This document shows positions 53,439 through 64,000 of a stretch of 64,000 nt of DNA, piece after piece; positions within the stretch are counted from its first letter, which is position 1, and every line of letters begins with the position of its first letter. Origin of the DNA: Ptychomitrium polyphyllum (taxonomy: Eukaryota); the NCBI GenBank assembly GCA_973851085.1, contig OZ316776.1:10726001-10790000 (forward strand). The letters run 5' to 3'. The notes below the pieces were generated by a model that ran no database searches, was not told where the DNA came from, and was given only the letters and a program-made list of their open reading frames with translations. A program made the position numbers and the translations under genes.

Positions 53439-53718
53439 ATATCAACGAACCAAGGTACATCCCCGAACGCCAGATATAAGACAAGTCTGCAGTAAACGGA
53501 GCTGGGATGGCCAGATTCGAAAATGGCGCCGGTTGTTACACGAGTTCGATCCTCCGAAGGACGAGGATGAGGAAGATCCAGATCAAATGGTTATACTCAG
53601 AAGGGAGCAAGATAGGTCTACAGAGTATGTCGAAGACACTCTTATGGACATGCAAGCAGAGTATGTTGAAGACCCACACTTGAAGATATATGATGGCTGG
53701 TCCGACGATGAATGCTAG
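53439..53718 (+). CDS. SLBP: SLBP-like gene, last exon (C-terminal half of the RBD and an acidic tail)
   Basis: Phase-2 acceptor TTGTAG|. Encodes [39 protein letters not shown] and ends at TAG 53716-53718. The three exons total 1662 nt (553 aa). Confidence 0.92.
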
Positions 53719-55254
53719 TATTTATTTATTTATATATCGTTGCCTCTTGCTTCATGAAAACGTCCGAGCTTCACATTCCTTCTAGTTTCTGCAAGTTTGA
53801 TGAAAGCATAAGGTGCACGGATGTCAATCTTCCGTATGGAAGCTGAGTTATTTGTATGGAGCTCAAACTAGAGACAATTCTGCGGTACTTGATTGAATTT
53901 GACATTTCAGCTCGTCGCCTTGAACGGAACATGTGCCATCTGAACATTGTAGTAATCAAGTAGTTGACACCTTGTAAAATGGTTCTGAAATTCTGGAAAG
54001 CTTTGATTTCGAGTATCAAAGCTGTATATTTAACCGATTCGCTGTACAAAGCAGGGCGTTTCCTACATCTGTGTGTATACTTGTCTCAGTGGGCTGCCCC
54101 TTGTATGTAATAAAGGCAACCATGCAACTTTCATGGTTAATTGTGTACCAGCAACTGGTCAGCTGGAGAGTTGATTCTAATTTATAGAGCCTCTGGGTGC
54201 TTCAACGACATTCGACAGAACTTGATCTCAATATTTGATGGTGTTTGTGTTACACTGATGAAGAACTCTTGCCTCTTTGGAACCTTCTTGGGAGAAACCC
54301 TTAAACGTCTGAGATTACCCAAAGGGTCCCACGGATCAATTATATAAACCTTCTTTGGAACCTACTTGTCCATTTGAGACCCACCTGGCACTGGGGGCTA
54401 CATTTCTCTACTTCTGTTGAAATTAAGAACTTGATGCAAGCTTACAATGTTAAACCTTTATAGCCCTGACCACTTTATAAACTTGAAGAAAGTGTGTTTT
54501 GGTTTTTGAAGTTGATGGCTCCTTCTGCAATGTTGGACCATGCAATGTTATAATAAATGCAATATTCTTTGTATGTGGAAAATGTTGTAAACATCCAATA
54601 GTGCTATTAAAATCTTGTAATATGTATTTGTAAAATATTTTGAACTTTTCAAATGTAATTTTTAAGGGAGTTAATAATTTGATTTTTAACCAATCTTTCT
54701 AAAATATAATTGATGAGGCTAAGAGTTTTATTACTTTGCATTGATAATAGAATTTGTTATCCAATTAAATTATTGATACTTACATGCATATCTTTTGGAC
54801 AAATTTTACAAAAGCTGCCTAATAATAAACAACATCATTGTGCCTAATGATAAGTTTATACAAAGCAAAGCAATCATATGTAGCCCTAAAAGTGTCTCAT
54901 AATTAAGTACTACATCCTTGCAATTAAGCTAGCAAAGAAACACAAATCTTGAGAATTAAAGCAATGTTTATCAAACATGCCAAATAATTGATCTCTTGTA
55001 AAAGACACTATTAGTCCAACATCCATTGCCAATTTTAAATTAAATCATAAATAGCAATATAAGTTGGTTGCATTTGAATTCCATCTTCAATTGCTTAATA
55101 TGTCGTTGAATTCCAATTATTTATGAATTAAGTGCCAATGTTACAGCCCCATTGTTTACACTACAATGTACTATATTGCAAAAGTAAATACATCTTCTAT
55201 TAGCTTGAAAGTATCTTCTACACTCCTTTAAAAGAATGTATACAAATTAATTAA

Positions 55255-56420
55255 TGCTTGTATCATAGACAAATCTAACCTTCTTTATAAAGTTTGGCAA
55301 ATGGCAATTGAAGACATGCCATATACCAATTTTATTGACACAAATTACATAACAACATGGAAGCCACAACTTTGCATTTCTATACATGAAATATTTAGAT
55401 TTGATTGAAACCATTGTCAACTTTAGATACATAGTCCTTTCAATACAAAAGTTGCAAAGGTCCAAATTCTTTATATTGTTCATGTATTCTTGTTTATTAA
55501 TCTCCAAGAAAAAAAGAACTATATTAGGCAAGATTGCTTCAATCCTCAAAAAGATTATATATAAGAAAACATTCATGGTTGTTAGTGCCTCTTGCTTTAG
55601 ATATGTAATCATCAACCTTAAATTCACAATTGTTGAAGTTTGCAAGTTCTACTTCTAATATGAACATAATGCAAAGTATCTTAGTGTTGTACTAATATCA
55701 AATTCTTTGTAGTCATAGGCATGATTCTTTGGATATGCTTTGCTCAACTTTACAATACTTGAGCCTAAATTTTTAGATCATCCATGTTTACAATTAGATC
55801 CTATTTTTTCTAGCTGTTGATGGTAATACTAGCTCTATACCATACAATAGCTAATATGGACTATAAAATGTAAGATATGCTTATCAACTAAAAGCAACAT
55901 CCATTGCTATCTCTAGCAATGTTAAATTCCAATTTAATTGATTACCTGCCAACAATTCATATTCTGCAATCCACATTGTACTATTTATATCCATCATTTT
56001 GCAAATCCATTAGTCTTTGTGTAATTTCTAAATGTTGTGTGTTGGTCAATTATATAAAGCATTGATACAAAGCTCTTGAATAGACCTGAGAGAATTCCTC
56101 TTTTAATCAATCAATACCTCTTCGAGGCCTTGAACTAAGTAAGAATACAATTCAAAAATATTATTGTCTCTAACTTTGAAGAATTTTGTGGCAAAATTAG
56201 TAGTTCAATTTAATTATAAATTGCTAGGACAAGCCTTGGGAGCACCAACAACTAGTACAATTAGAAGCTAAAGAAAAGATCCAAGGATCTAAAGGTAATT
56301 GAATCCATACAAAATGTTGATATAAAAATTGCGCAATTTTGGCCACCAACTTCCCAAGATAATAAAGGACTATTTTAAGCGTAAGTGGTCCAAGATGTTC
56401 AATACAAGAAAAATGCCACA
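55255..56420 (-). pseudogene. Very decayed Ty3/gypsy-type integrase remnant ending in a PHD finger
   Basis: Manual translation across frameshifts gives IELLILPQNSS, HTTFRNYTKTNG, YSPY*LLYG.ELVLP, VQH*DTLHY, FKVDDY, then MLLCNLCQ*NWYMACLQLPF....G*IC. Confidence 0.6.
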
Positions 56421-57672
56421 TTAATTGTAGAAAGTGACTTTAAATCCTCTCTTACTATATGAGCTAATTGGAACTTTACATAGAAATGATATTATAATGT
56501 GAGCCACTTAAGGATTAAATTATACTCATTTGTATATTTATTTCTTTATTTTATATATGCAATTAGATTGATCTTATTGTATTATTTTAATTTATGTATA
56601 TTAATTGTATTGATGAAGAAAACTTAAAGATATAGATTGGGTGGAAGTAGGTAAACTAATAAGTTACATAGTATTGACTTTGTAAGTGGTAAGAGTGTGG
56701 AGCTTTCTTTTTGACTTCTTTCAATAAATTTTTATTGATTATTGGAATTGATATTGGAATGATGCATTATAGCATAAAATTTGTATTTGTAAGCATTTAG
56801 AAGGACGTAAATATTTAGAAGTATATTTGAAGATTTTATATACTAGACTGTATCTTGGAAGCTATTGAAATGCACCAAGAGCATTATTTTGTAAAATTTA
56901 TTTGTAACATTAAATTGGTAGAAATTGAATTGCACATTTTACATCATTATTCAAGGTTGAAGAATGTTTTTAATATAAACTTAAGAACTATACCTTTATT
57001 AAGTTTAATAGTAAAGTATAATAAATATCATGGTCTCAAGTAAAACCAAACAATATGTTAGAAGGAACTAGGTGTTGAAATGGTAATTAGAGCCTTCATG
57101 TTTGAATGCAACAGTAGGACAACATGAGCCAAAGGTGAGCAATAATTGTTGTAAGTGGAAGGTGAGTAGTTCTTATAAGTCTAGTACATAAAATAATAGT
57201 AAGCCAAAAATATTATTGTAAGTAGTAAATTGCTTACATGCCAAAAATAATAGTTATTACTAAAAATTCAAAAACTTCTTAAATTTAGACTCTTAATTTA
57301 GAATATGCAAATTCTTTATTTTTCTTCAATATATTGAAGTTTTTTTATATCTTATGATTATAGAAATTATGAAGGTCCTAATACTAGAAGCTTCTAAAAT
57401 TTGTGCTTGGAGCTAATTAAGACTTGATTTGGGGTTTTAAATTCCTTAAAGACACAAGCCTTATTGGTATTTTTCAAAGCATGTCCATTGATCTTAGTTT
57501 ACTCTACCTTTCTATTCAACTTTTTGTGTACACCATTACTTTCCTTGTTATTTACTTGGAGCTAGATCATTTGATTGAGGTTGCCCTTTACCACCTTGGC
57601 ATAAATGGAATTTATGCGATATCAATCATAGTGGAAGGGAGAAATTGTGGCATTGAATTCAGTGCAATGTTG

Positions 57673-57750
57673 GGTGATATTTGCCAAAATGCTTGTTAGG
57701 TGATATTTGCCAGTATGCTTGTTAGGTGATATTTGCCAGTATACTTGTTA
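57673..57750. repeat. 26-bp tandem repeat x3
   Basis: GGTGATATTTGCCA(AA/GT)AT(G/A)CTTGTTA at 57673, 57699 and 57725. Confidence 0.92.
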
Positions 57751-58169
57751 AGTTTGTATAGGTCCAATCAAAGACTTGTTTATATTCTTGGAAAATTATT
57801 TTGGCTTATGTAGCAAAATCATTCAATATATCAAGGTTAACTTTGATACTAGCAAGGTGTTCAATAGTACCGAGGTTTAATAGGCAAAACTAAGATTCTT
57901 TGATTGTGTTATGTTTTGCAACCTTGTAGCGTTCCAAGGTGTCTGGAATCGGTGTGTTGTTGACAAGGATGGAACTTATAGAATAAAAAATAATACTAAA
58001 AGGATTGTTAAAAGTAGCAATCTTTAGTAGGTCTTTTAGATAGAAGATACAGATTGGGTGAAGGTAATCCTTAGCTGTAAGGGGGATGGTTTCTTCCTTA
58101 TTAGTAATATCCTAGACAAAGTTGTAAGAAACATATACATCCAATATTGTAGCCACGAGGCTAAGCCCT

Positions 58170-58520
58170 TGCCGGACTAGCATAATCTTGACTATATCAT
58201 TCTACATGATTCTATTTTTGTTGTTGGTCTAATCACAAACAACCTATGCATTTTAAAACTATGAATGTTTGAAAAAGATAGAATAGGTAGATTGGATGTC
58301 TTGATAGTTAATAATTGTAAGGATTATAGTATAAAAAATATTGTGGACATAAATTTTAATATTGCGTAAAATATTGGTGGATTTGATCAATGAATCATCC
58401 GCCATACGAAGCTTATAGGAAGACGGAGATGGATTTGGTAAACCCAAGTGGATGTGCTTTTTTTTGATAATAACGTTATTTCTTGAGCTGCTATCAATGA
58501 ATATGTTTATTACCGTGTGT
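58170..58520 (-). pseudogene. Decayed retrotransposon aspartic protease (non-chromovirus Ty3-like). Gag-like sequence probably extends to ~60 kb
   Basis: INIFIDSSSRNNVII...LGLPNPSPSSYKLRMADDSLIKSTNILRNIKIYV...YSIFFKHS. Confidence 0.65.
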
Positions 58521-61500
58521 CTCCAATCATATGACCGACATATAGCAATTGACGGGTGTAATAATGGTTATTGGTACCAAAAGAATTGACTTTAATATTG
58601 GCACCAAACATAGATGTTGGCATAAATAGTCGACAAGTTTTGGAGATAACATAATTAGTTTCTGTAACAAAATTGTAATATTTTGCTCTTAAAATGTGTA
58701 CATATCTATTGAATTGCAATAGAATCAAAGATATCCAATGGATTTGGTATAGACAACACAAACTGCAGAGAGGTTTGTTGGAGTTGATGTACAATGCACA
58801 TCATTTGATTACAAACATCCTTAATTTTATGCCAAGCCACGTCTTCCATTATGAGTGCCAATGATGGAAGAGTAGTTGCCACTTAGCTACAAATTATTGG
58901 TCCAATGTGGCAAAAACTAATGGTGTGCATATTGAGAAAAGAAGCTTTTGTTGCAAGCTTTTGTTTCTTCTTTTGAATGAGTTTCTTAACATTATCATCT
59001 TAATATAGAAGACACTGATGTTTGAGGTGATCCATATAAACCGCACATATAGTAGGAAAAGCATTAAATAAGTCTAGGACGGTTATATTGGCGTGGTTTG
59101 GTATAAGTGGAGATTGATAGTGGTTCTACCTAATGTACAGTAGGGAATTAGTGTCTATGCTCTAGCGTAGCTACTATAAAGATTGTTGTGATAAAAATCC
59201 TATGTATAATTAAACCGATTGCAACTAGTATAGGATTGGGTCAGGTAAAAGTAATAAAGACGTGTGGAGAAGATTTGAGTAGTTTTTATTCTATTAGTTA
59301 GACACTACTAACAGTTTCAATATAAGTGGCTTTGAAAAGGCCAATTAAGGCTACTTAAATGTAATTACAAAGTCCAATTTGAAAAGTGCTAAGTATAAAG
59401 GTATTTTTTGGTAGATTGGTGAGGTTATTGGTAAATTCTAAGAGATGTTCAATAAAGTCTTTTACCAATTTAGAGGATTTTTGACTCATAGTTTGAAAGT
59501 GAATGTAGGTTTGGTCATTGGTTTTGATCAATTGGTAACATTTTTTAAATGCGAGGAATAGTTTTTCTAAGCTCTCATTAAAAAATTGGTTGTCATGAAA
59601 TGTAAATCAAGTATAATCCATATTGATAAGGGCGCTATTAAATAGTATAAGTTGAACAAAAAATATTAGTCTCTCTCTTTTAAATAAGTGCCAATAAAAA
59701 AAAATTGGCAATGATATTCAAGACATTTTATGGTTTGGTAGGTTGTGCATGTCAGAGCCTTTCAAATAAAAAGATGTACTAGCGGAAGTATGATTGAAGT
59801 AGTTTGAATATGTTGAGTACCATTGGAAGGTGGCATGTTCAACTAATAGCAGGCAAAGGATGAAAGTAGGTAGACTGATGACAAGTCAAATTATGGATAT
59901 GGATTTGGCCATAGTGGTGGAAAATTGATTGTGAAACAATATTGAGTAGAAGGAAGAAATATGGAGGAGATGCAATACGTGGTAGAAGTTGGACAAAGAC
60001 ATGGTCAAAAGTCGGTAGATCCCAATGATGAAGTATATTAAAGTCGTGGTTTGTAGAAGGTGAATTATTGATAGTGGATAAGGGATTGACTATAATAGGA
60101 CTATTGAAAGGTCCTTTCTAAATTGGTGGTTGTAAATGATGCATAGCATTATTAAATGAGGCTTTGGAGGATCCATGCTAAAAAGATGAGTTGAGTAGTA
60201 TTGATTATGGGGCCGGACGAGATGAGGAATGGACTAAAATAAAACTGTCATCTTCTTGTGTCCATCTGTTTATAATGGTGTTGGTAGCTATATTAAATTG
60301 AGGTATATGTTCTTAAAAGAAAGGTAGCTTTTTTTAGAAATTGTAAAGAATATGTGGGAGACAATGGCTACCGGATGGAATTAATAGTTAGGTACTATAG
60401 GGATGTTGAGAGGGATTGGAAGGGGTGACGTTTTTGTAGTTCAAGGATGTTAAATACGAGATAGTGGATTCAATAATATTTGCCTAGGAAATGTATTGGT
60501 CATGGTAGGAACTAAAAGATCAAAAAAATGTAAAATATGAGCTAAAGTCAGATTATTAAATTGAGTAAAGGTTAGTTCCAAGGAAAATAGAAGGCATTGG
60601 ATATGAGGACAAAAGCGGCTCATAGAGTCGAATGATTGTACACTAAGGAATGCCTTTAGATCATATTAAAGTTACGCTTTGGTAGATGGTATAAGCAAGC
60701 TCAAAGATAAAAGTTTTGAGTATTTTGCAAGAAAATCAAAACTATCAAGTTAAATTAGAGGATTTGAATGAAGACTGTGCTAGAAAAGTTGTCTGTAGGC
60801 ACCTATGGCATAAAGATAATGAGTTCTTTGAAATGTGCAGAAAAGTTTGAACAAGAAAAACCTATTCAAAACACTACATGGTCCCCAAATATTAGGGTCG
60901 GTAACTATCAATTACAAGAATATTTGCAATTAAAAGCTTATATGAAGTGAAAAAGAAACATACTTAAGACAATCTCTAGATTGATACATATTAATTACAA
61001 GTAAAAAAAAAGCCAAATTAATCAAAAAATTACATCACCAACTCTCTTGGTTGAGGGTTTAAATACTATATTTTAGATCCTATAATTTTAAATCTACATC
61101 CATCGACTAAACTAATAGAAATTAAATTAACATCTATTTTTTGATAGTATTGGTAGAAAAGCTTGATTGTACTGTATAGGACACTTGATAGGCAGGTAAT
61201 AGGTTGTTTGCTGACATAATACAATTAGTCGAGTAGATGGCAATGCAATTTGGTGGAATACAACAAAATTCACAAACAAAGGTGGAATCTTTAGAAAGAA
61301 GGCGTTTAACTTGAAGTTGATTTTTTAAACACCATTTAGTATCAACATTTATTGAAAAAGAGAAATCTAAGAAATTCATTTTTGAAGTATAAAAAAACAT
61401 TAAGACAATCATAAATTAGGATTAAAGAATTAAAACTTGAATTTTAAAAAAAAAACTTCATTTCAAAAGCTATTTTAATTGCCAAGATATTATAATTTCA

Positions 61501-62639
61501 AATCAATAAATGTATATATTTCATTTTTCTTTGTTGAAGGTTTTTAATTTCAAATATTATAGTGTTAGATTTTCATCATCCATTTAAATAAATAAACAAT
61601 GAATAATATTAATAACCATCATTTGGTAGTGTTAAGTGGAGAAATTGGTGGTATTGAATGGTACACACGGTAGGCTAGTAAGACCATGGCATTTTGTCTC
61701 ATCAACACTATCCAGGCAACTCTCATAGACAAAAAAGCCACATTCCAAACTTATGCATGGTAGTTGGCTAATATAAGTTTAGTTATGGAATGTCCATCTT
61801 TGGTTGTGTTGGATGTTAGATGCTTTGATTTATGTACTAGACTTAGCCGGCATGTATAAATCCATGCCTTTCATGAGATCAATAGGAATCTTCACATTGC
61901 TTATTAGAAGAAATTTGAAGGCAATATTATCATTGTAGTTAACAAGGAATAATATGAAGTTTCTTTTTATGGATATAATATTAAAATCCAAGTTGGTAAG
62001 GACATTACTTGAGTCCCTTTTGTTATTGAGCTTTTAAAAGCAAGAAAAAATGTTAATATGAGTAACTATTTGAAGATGTTGAGGAAGTTTAGCAATAGAA
62101 GAAGGAAGAATGGAAAAAGCTTAATCAAAGGTAGGCAAAAATGAACAATTAATGACATCCACCAATAGAGATTTGTTGTTGTTGGAATCATTAGGAAAAA
62201 AATCTCATTAACAATAAATTTTTGGAAGCCTTAGTCACCAGAATATGTGTTAATTAAAATTAGTCATGTAATTCAATGGTACTACAACTTTTGGAAGAAG
62301 CTGTAAAACAATCTTTTATTATTAAAAGATGTTTTTTTAGTCTATATGGAAAATTACATTTGTTTTTTCCAATTTGTGTCTTGGAAGTATCACATTTCTT
62401 AGTAAGGGATTTGTTTTTCTTGAAATACATTAAATTCAATCTGAAGTTTTTTTTTATAATAAGGCCTAAAATTCAATTCTTTGGTTCTAAGAGTTTGATT
62501 TTTAATCATTTTTAGCTTTACAACTGACATTTGCAATATGATACATGGTGTTATTAATTCCAAACATGCATGTAAATTAAACTCTTAGCATTAAAAATTT
62601 TATTTCCAAAAAATTGACAGGACAAGAATTATGAGCTAT

Positions 62640-63369
62640 TAAATTGCAGGTGAATGATGATATGATTAGAAGTAATTTTAGAATACATGGTCTCCAGGCA
62701 TGTATGAAAAGGAAGATAACAGTATTATCAACACAACATTGTAAATAGCGCTTTGCATGGTCTAAAAATTATAAAGTGTAATTTGGAAAAATGGAATAGA
62801 GTTATTTTTCTTCATGAAACCAAACTCAATGTCTTTGGCTATGATGGACATCAATGCTCCAAGATGTTTTTTATGATCCATATGCATGATTTAATATGAA
62901 ATACAATGGACCAAACATCATAGTATGGAAATGTATTAATTGGCAAGGAGTTTGAAACATACATTTGATTGAAAGTACAACGGATGCAAAGCTTCATCTT
63001 ATCATTTTTAAACAAGATCTTTTAGATGTTATTCAAAGACAAAGAATTAAATATTGATAGTGTCATATTTCAAGAGCATAATGATCCAAAACATAAATCC
63101 AATTTTCTCAAAGATTGATTTGCATTGCAAGAAATTAATCTATTGATATACCCATCCAAGTCACATGATTTAATTCCTATTAAGCACACATGGAAAGAAA
63201 TATAAAAGCATCTAAGGAAATTTATTTGTAAATCAATAAGGATGACTTGTGGAATAAGATTTAGCAATTTTGATAGAGTATCAATATAGAAACAGTGAAG
63301 AAATTATTCAAATCAATGTTACAAAGAAGAAATGATGTTCTCACAATAAAAGAAGACTATACACTTTGA
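62640..63369 (+). mobile_element. Tc1-family (DD34E) transposase fossil
   Basis: H..*RFAWSK; WNRVIFLHETKLNVFGYDG; MKYNGPNIIVWKCINWQGV; VIFQEHNDPKH...YPSKSHDLIPIKHTW; KKLFKSMLQRRNDVL. Exactly 34 codons separate the second-D (63077) and E (63182) positions. TIRs not identified. Confidence 0.88.
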
Positions 63370-63710
63370 TAAGTATCTTTTGTAGTAGTGTATTTGATTC
63401 CACTTCTTCTACTTTAATCATGTTTAATTTGGAAATCTTCAAGTGAAGCTATTTGAATTTAAGCAAAAGTGCAAGGCATTACTTGCACCTTCTATAAAAA
63501 AAAAAATTATATGTTTTTAATTTTCTACACTTCATTTCTTTACATTATTGTCTTTTATGAAGCAAATGCCCTCCTATATAAACTTTTGTGAAACATTTAG
63601 CTGATTTACAACATTGATAATGCTGTAAATTCAGTTAAATCATGTGAAGTAAATTCAACATTTTGATAATTCAATCAATACCATTCTAAAATGTCTTCAA
63701 TCAATGTTGA

Positions 63711-64000
63711 TTACAGAGAAGGAACAGCCTTATTTAAATTATTGAAATTTTCTTTGTATATCTTCATATTCTCAATGGATTCCCATGTGATTGATCCCAA
63801 ACGAACTTGAAGTAAAAGTTTTCCCCCTTCATTTCTTGAATCTAATATTCCTTCAATCTCAAACTCTCGTTTCCCATGTACTTCAACAGTGCTTGGTGGA
63901 GTCCTACCTGTTTTCTTACATAAGTTCACATTATTGATGGATTTGTACTACATCTTCAAACTCTCAATGAATATCTAATGAGGTTGAGGGATGCAATGTC
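63711..64000 (-). pseudogene. Chromodomain remnant of a chromovirus integrase (runs off the window)
   Basis: PPSTVEVHGKREFEIEGILDSRNEGGKLLLQV...ITWE. Confidence 0.7.

Overview
AT-rich eukaryotic DNA, most likely a moss such as Physcomitrium patens. This is inferred from the element families and gene style, not from a database search. Positions 0.7-37.3 kb are a nested LTR-retrotransposon block. It holds one young Galadriel-like chromovirus (3588-11346: 1144-bp LTRs, TSD GGACT, tRNA-iMet PBS), several decayed copies and solo LTRs of two Tcn1-like chromovirus families (my labels B and C), and a non-chromovirus pol remnant. Two host genes follow: an intronless F-box gene (40007-41347) and a spliced gene with a histone stem-loop-binding protein (SLBP) RNA-binding domain (about 51183-53718). 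The right end holds very old TE fossils: an integrase with a C-terminal PHD finger, a Ty3 protease, a Tc1 DD34E transposase and a chromodomain. The most notable points are the land-plant SLBP and four features of the Tcn1-like elements: an extra ORF after pol conserved at protein level between families, a self-priming PBS, a -1 frameshift pseudoknot and heat-shock elements in the LTR. A ~500-bp near-identical tract between two decayed inverted copies 31 kb apart also stands out. All alignments were done by eye.
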